NCBI GenBank assembly: GCA_030264375.1
Contig: JASCQW010000163.1
Coordinates: forward strand, 6,040,871-6,100,768
Origin: Carcharhinus longimanus
Lineage: Eukaryota
Direction: 5' to 3'
Length of the DNA stretch: 59,898 nucleotides
The translations under genes were made by a program, and so were the position numbers. Of the stretch, positions 24,576 to 37,539 are shown piece by piece. Below the pieces are notes generated by a model, which was given only the letters and a program-made list of their open reading frames with translations, was not told where the DNA came from and did no database searches. Position 1 is the first letter of the stretch; the number at the start of each line of letters is the position of its first letter.

Positions 24576-24838
24576 AGGCAACATAGTGGTTAGCACTGCT
24601 GTTTCACAGCACCAGGGACCTGGGTTTGATTCCCAGCTTGGGTCACTGTCTGTGTGGAGTTTGCACATCCTCCCCATGTCTGCAAAGGTTTCCTCCAGGT
24701 GCTCCGGTTTCCTCCACGTTCTGAAAGACATGCTGGTTAGGTGCATTGACTTGAACAGATGCTGGACTGTGGCGAATTTCACAGTAACTTCATTGCTGTG
24801 TTAATGTAAAGCTTACTTGTGATTAGTAAATAAACTTT
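24576..24838 (+). mobile_element. V-SINE with alternative tail (ttcacagtaacttcattgc.gtgttaatgtaa...aataaac)
   Basis: HE1-like head and core followed by a non-CR1-like tail. Confidence 0.8.
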
Positions 24839-26401
24839 AATTTTGATGAGCAAATTATTATCGATAAGGTTGAGATTTTTGCATTCTAAGTGCAATATAA
24901 GAACATAAGAAATAGGAGCAGGAGTAGGCCATCTAGCCCTTCGAGCCTGCCCCGCCATTCAATAAGATNNNNNNNNNNNNNNNNNNNNNNNNNNNNNNNN
25001 NNNNNNNNNNNNNNNNNNNNNNNNNNNNNNNNNNNNNNNNNNNNNNNNNNNNNTCCTACAAGGAGGAGGGAAGGAGCAGGTCTTCACATTGTACTGATTG
25101 GAATCTGGTGTCCTTGTTCACTCAGGTTTCGAAATATCATTCTTCAACATGAAACAATGACTTTGTGGGTTTGCAAATAACCTCTCACTTGCTGAACACA
25201 AATCACATTTATTTTCTCCCCCAGACCAACAATTCTCAGCAGGGTACTGCAGGGACATCTGAGGTAAAAAGGGGAAAGTAAACCATTTCAAAACCAGGCC
25301 ACAGGAGGAGCACCATAATAGTTTTGATTTACTGTCAAACAGCTCTGCACTTCTCCACTGTGACATGCTTTCACTTTGGAACTTAGCAACTGAACAGATC
25401 ATAATTTCCTTCCACACTGGTACAAAGTGATGGTGCCCAAATCCTGGTGCAGCACATACAATGGATTGTTTCATAAATAAATCTGAAGGAAATAAATTCC
25501 ATTCCCATAAATAAAATCAAGGCCTGCTCCTTGTGAAACACTGCAGTGCACTGACAAGGCTTCAGTTTCAATACTCCACGAGAAGGTGCCATTGATCCAA
25601 TTTTCTTTGGGAGGAGGAGGCAATCATCAAGGGAACATTAAATTACAGAAAAAGGAAACAGGGTTATATACTCTTGCCATGCCAAAGCAAAATGCACATT
25701 TACTTCCCCTGGAATCTAGGACAAGGAAATTGGTCAAAATGAAAGCATTTTTCACAAACCTATTATCATGTTTTTAATTCTATGGCTCTCTCATATTAGA
25801 AGTTATACAGCCTGTAACTTGGTCATTGATGGTTAGTTGGCTGCAGCTTGAACTCAGAAGCCAATGTCAACACAGGAGGGCTTANNNNNNNNNNNNNNNN
25901 NCCTTCCACCATGGAAAGTATTTGCAGTCCAGTGAAGTTGCTGTTATAGCTACTACAATCATAAATAACAACGGGTTTGAATTCCAGTGATCCACCTTAT
26001 TGCAGATATTTATTCACCATATACACCTTGTTTTAGGACTTAGTTCCTCAAAACATGACTGATGCCGTCTTGTTCAAAAAATAGCACTCATGCAATCTGC
26101 AACCGGAGTCAGTCAGTATTAATCCCAAATCTTCCAGGTTGGGAAGTGATGATTTTACATATGTTGGAACTTAAGTTATGCTTCATTTAGTCTGCTCCTC
26201 TAGACCATTCTTGATGGCTGTCTCGTAACGCTCTCCATATTGAAATTGAGTCAGTGGGCGCTGTCTCCAAATCTGTATGTTCCAGAATCTTAAAACTTTG
26301 CAACTGTGATCTTTCAGTTTTTACCCCGTCCTTCTACAAGCTATAGACTTTTATAGATCTGTCACCAAATCACTACCTCAACATTGGAAGAAAAAGTTCT
26401 T

Positions 26402-26659
26402 AAGTTTATTTGTCACAAATAGGCTTACATTAACACTACAGTGAAGTTTCTGTGAAAATCCCTTGGTCGTCACACTCCGGTGGCTGTTCGGGTACACTAA
26501 GGGAAAATTTAACATGGCTAATGCACCTAATAAACATGTCTTTCAGACTGTGGGAGGAACCCACACAGGAGAACATGCAGACTCTGCAGTTACCCAAGCC
26601 TGGAATTGAACCTGGGTCGCTGGTGCTGTCAGGCAGCAGTACTAACCACTGTAGCACCC
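26402..26659 (-). mobile_element. V-SINE with alternative tail
   Basis: Reverse complement of the same structure. Confidence 0.75.
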
Positions 26660-26744
26660 AGAGGGAAGTTAATACTGTTCTGCATTGTAGGCTTTGGGCA
26701 TTGATGGCTGCACACCTGCCTCACTCGACGATTATGGAATCAAA

Positions 26745-27070
26745 TCTAGGCCAATAGTCCAGTGTTCAGGAAGTACTGCACTGTCAGAAGTGTCATATTT
26801 CAGACAAGATGGTAAACCAAGTTTCTGCCTGTCCTTTTATCTGGATGTAGAATGCTTCCAGACATCCTTGTCAATATTTATTTGTCAGCCAACATCCTGC
26901 AATATATCTGGTTTATTATCACTTCTGGTTTGCTCAATTTTGCTCTGTGTAAGTCATCTGCTCCCTTCCATTCATTGCAACAGTGATTTTTGTTTTAAAG
27001 AAAGAACATCTACTTCTGGGTGTGTTTTGAACCATCCTGAGATTGCAAAAGATGCCATATAATTGCAAGT
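26745..27070 (+). mobile_element. Old Deu-domain SINE (SacSINE1/AmnSINE-like)
   Basis: tactgcactgtcagaagtgtc...ttcagacaagatggtaaacc...aatatttat...ccaacatc, with an L2-like tail; family recalled, not searched. Confidence 0.55.
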
Positions 27071-27263
27071 CTTTTTTTAAAAACTAACCTCACTAAGGCC
27101 ACAAGACAGTTGGTGGTAGAACCAAAAAAAACACAGCTTGGTACGAAAGGGGTGTTTCTCATTAACAGCTCATTAGAATCCAAATCAAAATACACAGCAT
27201 GGGTAAATTTACTGAACAAGGAGGAAAGTTGAGACATGTGTACCAATGATCAGATTTACAACT

Positions 27264-27269
27264 TTTATT
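27264..27269 (-). terminator. Candidate distal ABHD2 poly(A) signal (others at 29951-29956 and 32360-32365)
   Basis: AATAAA on minus at the edge of a ~10-kb AT-rich, repeat-poor tract downstream of the ABHD2 stop. Confidence 0.3.
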
Positions 27270-30261
27270 TCAACAATTGAGAATTCAAACCAACAAATTC
27301 AGAAAAAAATTCTATAAAATTCTGCAAGTTAATGCAATAAGGAAAATAGTTAATGTATAACTATTTAAATACATTGCACAAGTCCATACAAGTTGATAAG
27401 CAAACTGTTAAAAAAATCAACAGAACAAAATTCCATCTCACACATGTAGGTAAACATTGTGATGTTCAGAACATTGCATTGCTAGTTGCTTCTTGCTGTA
27501 ATTCCCTATCAATTTTGTGGTACTGAATAAAACTCAGCATCTCATTTGATAGCTTGACTCTCCTGGGATGACAGATTAAACAGGCCATTGCGCCAGTGGG
27601 TTTTCTAAGGATCTCCAATACAAATTCTCCAAGATGAATACATGCTCTTCAGCATGAGAGGTACCCATCTGGTGGATGCAGCTGGGTGATTTGGAAACAT
27701 TTTAATTTAAGAATGTTCACTTCCTCGTGCGTATGCAAACTTTGAATTGTATTATCTGTATATTCAAATACCATCTTGTGCACTCTGCCCCCCTCCCCAT
27801 TGACCCTCTTTACTCTGCCCAGTACTTTGTACTTTATTTTAATCATACTTTGTACTGGTACTTTGGACACTCAGGCCTCTAAAGATTATAATCTCCAAGT
27901 ATCATTCTAACAGCTTTCCCTCGTCCAAGGTCCTTTTAACATGCATGTTGCTTGTTCAGGATCTGATAATTGGCACTCTGGTATTAGTCAGCTTTAGCGC
28001 TATTACAAGTCTATCAATTTACATACTCCACTGACATTGTGCAAGTCTCAGTGCGAGACAAATGAAATGGAGCAATGCATTCAAACTGTGAATCCAGCAA
28101 ACACGACCTCTGCTCCTTCTACAAACAGGGCTAAAAATACATCAGCCATGAGGAAAACTGGACAAAATGAAGCTAGGTTCCTCATTAAATTGCACATGGA
28201 AACATTATGGACGACAAAAAACAGATTTATGCTGCCAGTTTTCAAAAGGCTGTAATATTTTCATTAACATTTCTCAACTTCATTCTCAAATGAATACCTT
28301 TCAGCATGAATAGACTATCTTCCAACTACAAAGGCACAAGTTCAAGCCCCAGAGCAACTCAATCACTTGAATTCTTATCTCAGTTGGGTGAATTTCATCT
28401 ATATAGAGTCAAATACAAGGTGCATTACCTAAAAACACAGGGAAGGCCAGAGGGCACTGCTTTCTTTGTGTATTTTTCATATGTTGCCCATTTCTAGAGT
28501 CCTCAGGCAATGCAGCAAACATAACAATGAGGAACAAGCAAGCTCCACCCTCTCTAGTCTCTGTGCTGTTCTGAATTAGTTGTTAATAACGGTGATGGTT
28601 TTCTAATGAGCCCTCTCTGTTCAATGCTTCTCTGCAGCAATTTGAGAATCTACTGGCTACAAAATACACAAACTTGATTCCACATTTGAGCACATGTGCC
28701 AGATTGCCAATTCTGCCCCACCTTGCTTCCTGGCAGTGTGCGCCAGAATCTGCCAGACAATGATTGTGCCTCATACTTTCTCCTGACTGGAGAAATGCAT
28801 TTGGCAGTGAAGTCAGTGGAAGGAGGAAGAGCAGGGGGAAAAAAATCAAGAAAATTCTCCCAATTCTGTTCTACAGTATTGAATATTCCTGTATCGGAAA
28901 TCCAATCGAGTGACAAAACATACCTTAAAAGTTAAATGGTCAGGATGTCCAATGTTAAATCACAATGCATTACAATCCAGAACACAATTAAAAATTAGGC
29001 CAGTTGTATCTTTGTTAGAACCCTGACGCATCGTCAGTACAAATAAAAAGGAGCAAGGAACAAAGCTAGTAACCCTTGCTTACACCTGGGTTCAAATCCA
29101 GCCCAAAGGGGGGAAATCCCTTTAATTGAAAAGTTGTTATGCGCAAAGGGGGTTTTGATGGATCTACAGGTCTTACAATTTACAATACAACAAAGATTCT
29201 CATTCCCAACTTTAAATACAAGAAAATATTGGAAATGCTACTCAGCAACTGAGGGAGACATGTTAAATATTTCAGTATTTATCCAAATGTTCCTTCCTGT
29301 CTTCTCCCTGTTCAGTTGCTGATAATAGTTGGTTATGTATTTCTTGACTTTTATTTACTATTTTCCTTAGTTCGCAGACTTTAATTTCAACCCTTACAAA
29401 ACAAAGCAGGCAGAAGATTTTTCAATTCAATTCTCTGGAGCTTAGCTTCAATTTGTTGTGGTGAAGTATATAAAAAGTCCTTAAATTTCAGAAGTGAACA
29501 TTACTGTATTTTTCAGAAAGCTTTATAGTGGAACCTTATATGGCATGGGGCAAAACAAGCCAAACAAAACAGTGTTTCTCATTATACTTGTAGAAAGATA
29601 GCAATATCAGTACATCAGAAACCAAGTGGGAGCTGGTAAAAGTTTGCTTACTGTGGGGTATTGCCAAAAATGTTCTGATTTCAATAGACTTTAAGCTGTA
29701 GTTTTTTTCCCCTAAGTATTATGGTTAATGACACCTTAGGTTCTCACCAATATTCCATATTTCACTGGATAAAACTGTAGATAAGAGTGATTATGTAACA
29801 CAACATAAAAGGAAAATTCAACATCCATAAAGGACTAAAGCAAAACACCCACTTTACAAAAGGGCTGAGGGTTTTTTTTTAAATGAAGCACCAGTCATAC
29901 AGATCTAATAAAGTCTTTGTATTCTCATAACAGGTTCACATCAAAAGTGATTTATTTCAAATCTGCAATATGTGACTTAAAATGCAATTTGTCAATCTAC
30001 AACATGTACACCCAGAGATGAATATGACAGGCTTTTCATTAACCTATACTTAATGCAGATCTTGAAGTTGTTGTGGATTGTATTTGTAACTTAAAGTTTA
30101 AGAGAAGAAAGACGTGTCACTGCACTCTTATTCAATGTTCTGTGACAATCTTCTCCCTCTATGGTGGCTCCCTAAACTACAAAGATGCACATCAACTTGC
30201 AGTCAAAAATTGCCAAAATTAGGAAAGTACGAAGACATCAATGCCATGGGTAGAATTCACT

Positions 30262-30495
30262 CTCAAGTGGGTGTTAAAGATCCCATGGCATCAGTTGAAA
30301 TGAGTGGTGGGGAGGCTTCTTTATTTCTTAACCAACATTACTAAAAATAGATCAATGCTGAATATAGGTCATTGGTGTGTATAATCTGCTGTCATGCAGA
30401 GAAATGTGCAACTAGTTACTACACTTAAAATATTTCATTTGCTGTGAAATATTCAGTGACATCCTGAGTGTATCAAAGGCACTATACAAACGCAC
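30262..30495 (+). mobile_element. Old Deu-domain SINE fragment
   Basis: aaagatcccatggca...aaccaacattactaaaa...catcctgag...aaaggcactatacaaacgca. Confidence 0.55.
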
Positions 30496-33400
30496 TTTTT
30501 ATATCAGTTGTTAGTTGGTGATCTCTGTCTCTGGAATTCTTTATTTTCAGCGCAAGCTATTTTCTGCAATGTGACTCAAAGGAATTTTTCACAAATGAGA
30601 AAAAGGCAAACTGGAATAGATAAGATTATTGAACATATACGCACTCCCTGAATATAACAGCTCAAGTACAATGCAACTCTTGCTGCATCTTCAAGACTTC
30701 TTTCATTACATTAAAATAAGAACTGCAGGAAATAAAATATTGCTCAATAATCCCAAAAACACAACATAAAAATTATGCAAGGGTGTGAAAAATCATTTGT
30801 GCAATTTAAGCAAAATTAAACCCACAATAATTATATTTTTAAACGAAGGGAAAGGGGGCGAGAAAGGAAGGGTAAGAGAGTTACAAAATCTGTTAAATTT
30901 ACACCATTCGGCAATAAACTATCACTTTTCTTTGTGAAGAAAGAAACATGATTTGTCATCATATCCTAAAAGTAACTCAAAGTGCTTCACCTATAATTAC
31001 TTTTGAAGTGCACTGACAGTTGTGGAGAAAATGTTGTATCCTGACCCTATACTGAAGAGGTAGGCAATAGGCGATAAATGAATGAGGGCTGTGTATTCTA
31101 AGCAGATAAAAAGAGATTGTTGATGCACTGAACACAAAATAAAATGCCATTTAAGCTGCAAACCTTGCTACATGCCTTTCCACAAAGCTGTGTAGTGACA
31201 GGCATTGCAGATATTAGCCCGCCTATAAATTAATCTGTATTACTCTAGAACCTTCACACTGTTTAAACAGTCAAGAAATAATTAACATTACTTTTTCCGA
31301 TATGATCTTAATAGAAATTGTAACTACTTAAACAGAAATTAGAACACACACACACAACCAGATACTAGTGTGTATAATCAATAAACTGTTTTTAATCAAA
31401 ATGTGGAATGAATTTTGTTGCCATGTATATCTAAAAAGGGAAGTCCCTGAGGCATGAGGATATGAATGACAAAATTTAAAAGGGCATTACAGGATTTTGA
31501 ATTTATTTTGGGTTTCTGACATTTAGTTACAATTAAGTCTGATGGACAGCTAAAAATATGTGCCCCTTTTTATTCTGGTAATATGGGTAAAAGTCCAAAG
31601 GGAAAATGGAAGATTAAAAATAGAGAATTCACTGGACATCGTCTTCATTTGGATTCTCAATATTCTGATAGTGTTGGTTGCGAGCTTTGGTTGGCTTACA
31701 AGTTGGTTTGCAAATTTCAACCAATACCATTACAACAGCAGCTTGAAAGCCAAACACCACTGCAAACAAACACTAAAGATACTTGCAATTGTGCCAGTTG
31801 TTATGTCTGAGGATAAGGATTTCCTCTGCTGAGGGAAAAAGCTTCAGCTCTCACCAGTTAGGGAGCAAAACATTCAAATTTAACATTTCTTTGGAGGGAG
31901 GACCCTCTGGCCAGGACAAGTTAACAAAAGGTGCTTTGTACTGTTAAATATCACTCGAAATGAAGTGGAGTAGGTTTATTCAGGTTTTGAAACCACTTAT
32001 TTTATGCTGATGCTGCCAACTCACTATGCAGTTCCTCAATGCCCGAGGTATTAACAGACTGTAAAAGTAGTTTTAAGCACTTTGTGAATAACATCTTTAG
32101 TTTTACCCTAGCCTCACTTGTAAACCAAGTTTTCTACCAAAATTAACAGAACAGAGAAAGACTGAAGTTTAAATACTAATGAGAAGAATGGCCAAAGTCA
32201 CTGATAACTTATTCAATAACTGATAGCTCAAAGCAAAATACCAGTCATTGCTGTAAAACTTTGACTAGATAGAGCACATATACTTATAGTTAATGCATCA
32301 CAGGAATCATACGTACATAGGAAAATGATTCAAGACGTACTGCTATGCTTAAACCGAGCTTTATTTGGTACAAGCACAACCAGATTGTGTCTTAATTCTT
32401 CAAATTGTTCAAGAAAATTTCACACGTCCATTATACTTGACAGAAATCTTAGGAACAGCTATGTCTCGCCTTTAAAGCCGTAAGTGAGAATTGTAAGTGA
32501 AAATGATCTGTTACACAAATATAGATCCTGGACTACTGTACATCAGTTCTACTCTCCTGAAGCAAATGTAAAGTTAGACTTTTCACATGCCCTAATCTTT
32601 TAGGGATGAGCGCTGGAAGAAAGATCTTGCATTGGTAGGCTGGTCAAAAGACAGGCAAAACTCTTATCTAGCATAAGACTTCAGTAGTTGAACAGGAGAT
32701 AAAAACCACACAAACTCACTGGTTTTCTTAATTTTCTTTTACTATGCCTAACTCATTAAAAAACAGTAAAGTGCATTCCCTTCATGTACTACACCCCTTT
32801 ACTGGAATATCCTTTCCTTATAGGAGCAATTCCAAATACAACACAACGCTGAAATAGCAAAGTCAATGGGGATACTGTAATTCTAAAGAAAGTTTTTAAT
32901 AAAGGCATTTGTTTTAAATAATTAGCTCTGGCACATTGAAAATTATAAACTTTGTTCAAACATGCAAGTAGCAATTCTACACAAAATCTTCACTAAAAAC
33001 AACAATTTTACTAAAAACAAAATTAACATCTTGCAGTGGAACTATTTCAACTCATCCAACATGTATTGAGAATGAGAAAGTTTCCATTACAAGAAATTCA
33101 ACATTCAACTGTTAGCCTTAGTAACAGAGGCTAAAAAGTCTCACAGCGAATTATTCAAAAGCAAAAAAAAACTTACAACGTAATGAGGGAAATACTGCAT
33201 TTGCTTCACAGGGAAGTTATCAGTGCTTCTTACCGAGAAACAAAAATCACACCTAACCGCCTAAATATCATGGAAAAAATCTCAACCAACAGGCCTTGAG
33301 AAGATACCCTTCCAACATAGTTGGCTTTACTCTCAAATGATCAAGTTACTGCCAACTTGTGCTGTCATTATATTTACTAAGTCGCTAACTACTAATCCTG

Positions 33401-35295
33401 AAATACATTATACTCACCAACACAGTCTCAACACTAAATTCCTTAATNNNNNNNNNNNNNNNNNNNNNNNNNNNNNNNNNNNNNNNNNNNNNNNNNNNNN
33501 NNNNNNNNNNNNNNNNNNNNNNNNNNNNNNNNNNNNNNNNNNNNNNNAACACAGTCTCAACACTCAATTCCTTAATGCCTCTGAAGTACTGAATTGATCT
33601 GTGGCCAACTGAGCATGGAAAAATGCAGCTGAAGTACCATTTTCAGCATTTAATTAATAGTAAATGAAGCCCTCTTTCTTATTGCCCTAATCTTTTATCA
33701 AAAAGACCTTGCATAGATAGGCTACACAAAAACAATCAAAATTCTGCGTGCAATTTTAGCTCACCTAAAACACCGTGTACCAAATATGCTGGTTAAGTAT
33801 CTTTGGAGTGCCAACATAAACCATAAGTGCCACTTCTAGATGTACTACCCCAAACTGGAGAACACATGCCATGCAACTATATCCTTCAGTTCTTGCCTGG
33901 ATACATTTCAAATTATAAACATCCCGATAGATACCACTAAATTTTCAGATCTAACTCATCATACACCACTTGTCTGGTAAGTCATATAACTCATTCAGCT
34001 ACAGGTTCAATTGAACGATGGAATGGCTAATCATAAGATAAAGGAAGCAGGGTTTCTTTGGTCTTCACTTAATGTAGACGGTGAGGTCGACATAATAACT
34101 TCAAATGAGAAGAGACAATCACAAAAAAGATAGCAAGATGGTATGAAAATAAAAAGTATCAGAGACCAAGGACACCAAAAATAATCCAGGGAATGACTAC
34201 AGTAGCTGAAGCTACCATTTCCCACCATTTAAATGGTAATATCAAGCAAATTGGTAAATAGCTTAAAAATGTTGAGAATCAATGATTTCATAACAGTTGA
34301 AGGGCTATCATTATTCGCTTAGTTATATTTTTAAGCAAATGAGTTCGGGTAAACATTATTCAAACATCACCCAGATACAGTTAGTCATGATAGAACAGAG
34401 CTCTGTCAGTAACTGGCTGTCTGGATGCCACTTTGTACACTACTTATACATAACAGTATTTGAGGCACTAATTACCTGATCAGACATTTCTTATGGCATT
34501 TGCAGTTCTAAACATAATGCTAAAAATACTTCAGTTGACTAAATTATTACCAACACTTTACCATACTTGGAAAATTTAGAGAAGGGCAAGATATGACATT
34601 AATGTTAATCTGAAACGGTGTTTTTACTGTCTCATAAATTTTATAAGGCAAACCTGACAACCTTGAACATGGAGGGGCTATGAATCATGATCTGCTCTCA
34701 AATCTTAAATACCGAGTTCAACAGAACAAGTTTCCTTCTTAAGTTGGAGGCAGCCATCAAGTGTAGAATTGTACAAACTTTGAACTTAGTAAATGAGACC
34801 CTGTGTCACAAAGACTGCTGCTGGCATCATGGAGACGAAATACAAATGTATTCAAACGATCTTCTGTTGACTAACCTACTGAGTTCATTCCACATGACAG
34901 ATAAGCATGACTGATGCAGCAGAAATACAAGTTGGGTATTTTTGCTTTCATAAAGGTTAAATGTATCTGAATTGTGACTATTACAATGATTGAAAGAATT
35001 TCTAAAACTGCTTTGAAAGTCACAATGACTCAAAAATCTTGATCAAGTTCAGTGTGATTTCTGCCTTTCACTGTATATCATTTTAATAAGCAAAAATGAA
35101 CTGTAGGACTTTGGTTTCCCCCACTGTAAAGTCAACTGGTACTGAATGAAGGGGAAGAAAGAAACACTTGAGAAACACGTACAGCTTACTATTGAATCTA
35201 GAGGTGAAAATGTTTGGTTCAACCAGTCAAGAGGAATGTTGAGAGTATGAAATATTAGTTTGCTTGAAACAAAAGCAGAATGTGATTTATCTAGT

Positions 35296-35563
35296 GCGGC
35301 ACAGTAGCACAGTGGTTAGCACTGCTGCTTCACAGCACCAGGGACCTGGGTTTGATTCCTGGTTTGGGTCACTGTCTGTGTGGAGTTTGCACATTCTGTG
35401 TCTGCGTGGGTTTTCTCCAGGTGCTCCAGTTTCCTCCCATATTCTGAAAGGCTGGTTAGGTGCATTGACCCGAACAGCACTGGACTGTGGCAACTAGGGG
35501 AATTTCACAGTAACTTCATTGCAGTGTTAATGTAAGCCTTACTTTTGACTAATAAACAAACTT
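35296..35563 (+). mobile_element. V-SINE with alternative tail, inside the putative ABHD2 3' UTR (antisense)
   Basis: Close match to 24576-24838 and 55722-55956. Confidence 0.8.
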
Positions 35564-37336
35564 TTTAGTGCTTATGTACATCATTCAAAACGGAATGCTT
35601 TCCGGCGAAACTAGCTGGGTAGTTTTGTTTAAATATGCTGGTTTAATAATTCAACAATAAACATATTTTCTGTACAGTAATAGAGAGCAACTAATTCCTT
35701 TAACTCAGGAACCTCTGATAACAGACAAGTTGACTCTGACCAATACTAATCATCTAGGAAGCATTAAAACCCACAAATCATAAGTGGATGTTCAATTAAA
35801 TTTCGTACTCATCTATTGTTGGTTACACAGATGTTGGAGAGGAATCATTCATCAGTTGATCAAGCAAGGATAACATTTTCTCCTCCCCTGATGGTGCTAC
35901 ATCTTCTATCTCATCCATGTCCATTCCTAGATAATGGGTTATGGTAGGCTGCATTGAAAAATAATCAGAGGGATGAAGGCGATGATTTTTCCACTTGGTC
36001 AGAGGAGTGCAGAGCCCAACTGAAGCATTTCCTCCTGCCTCTCCAACTGAAATTAGCTAACTCAGCACAGATCAGGAATAAACTTAAGAAATACAGTTTC
36101 ACAGAACTGACTACAAATAAGCTTTAAGGATTGATCACGAGTCAGAAAAGTAACAAACTGCTCGGCAACTTGCACCATTTCACATTTCTTTGATTTACAT
36201 ATTAAGGGCAATGAATACACAAAGTGTCAACCAGGTAACAGAAAAGGCCATCGATTAGAAGAGAAGGATTTGGAACTTAGGACTAACTTCATACTTGGAG
36301 TGAGACCAAGCTTATACCAAGTTCTCCCATGAAATGATCTCTCTATAGGACAACGTTTCTAAACAGAAAATACATAACATTTAAAATGATTTTTCAATAA
36401 ATGTAGATCTACTTCACATTCATGCCCAGTTACAGCAGCTTCCATACCACCTCATTTGAAAATTTTACAAAAAGGTAGAAATATATGGGATCAAATGGAA
36501 ATTGCTTGTGATAATTATTTTTAAAACAATGTTGATTGGACTTGGTTTTTCTCTTTCAAAAGGCTAAAATAGTGATCAAACACTGTATTAATAAGTGCCA
36601 CGGCAATGCAAACACTTGAGTTTGAGACAGACTCATTCCAGAGGCAAATTGTACCCACAGCTTTAGATCATACAGCTCACCTGTGAATCTGGGCTACCTG
36701 CCACGGAGGGGCAAACAGAAGTAACAAAACAGTTTTGCAAGAGTTTCCCCGAGTGAGAATTCTACATTTCGTTTCTCTTAAAAAGACAAAAAAAATCATT
36801 GGAGGTCTTCACTTCGCAAATTTATTATCTTTTTAAAAACACTTTGCTGCACTTAATCTGATCAAATGACCAAAACTGGGTTTCCTGGTAGGGCAGAAAA
36901 ATAAATGCCTTTTTTCATAAATTAAAAAATATATAAGGCACAATTTTTAAACAAATGAGCTCCTGCAAAACACACGTTTAACTTCTGGGAAACCTAAATG
37001 TGGCTCATTTGCTCCAATTCTACTGGTACCAGATATTCCTGCGGTAACAGTAACTCTTGTCCCATATTCTATTCGCTACAAGACTGTGTTGTTGTGCAAA
37101 CGCAGTGAGTCATCATTTTGTGTGTGCTCCAAGTTGCTTTTAGTGGAGAAAGGCATAGAAGAGGATTTTGCAATATTTAAACAATTGTGATAAAATAGTA
37201 TAATTCTGCTGGTTGAACTACGTTAATAGCAGGGATTCGTTTTAAGGTAGTCAAGCCCAGGTCAGGAATGTAACGATGAAAAAGGGGATAAATGATTGGA
37301 GGAGCGAGAGTTTGGCAAATCAAGTCTGTGCAATGG

Positions 37337-37539
37337 TCAATCACTATGATCCGAGCAGCTCTGGTCTCCAGCTCCTGTACACTGGGGCTTGTTTTTCTCC
37401 CAGTAACAGATGGCATTTGTATATTCTACAATAAGTTTATCCATCCAAGTTAAAGGTTTTGGAAAGAGCACTGCTCCTTCAAAGAATCCAAGGTGACCAC
37501 CATGCAGTGTTAACACAAACATGACATTTTCTTTTTTCT
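37337..37539 (-). CDS. ABHD2: ABHD2 last coding exon containing the catalytic His (HGGHLG)
   Basis: cctttcAG acceptor; (E)KKENVMFVLTLHGGHLGFFEGAVLFPKPLTWMDKLIVEYTNAICYWEKNKPQCTGAGDQSCSDHSD then TGA; overlaps ORF 37337..37522. Confidence 0.97.

Noticed and set aside
33420-33576. 28-bp near-identical repeat flanking an N gap
   Set aside because: Same gap-overlap pattern; the single mismatch may be allelic
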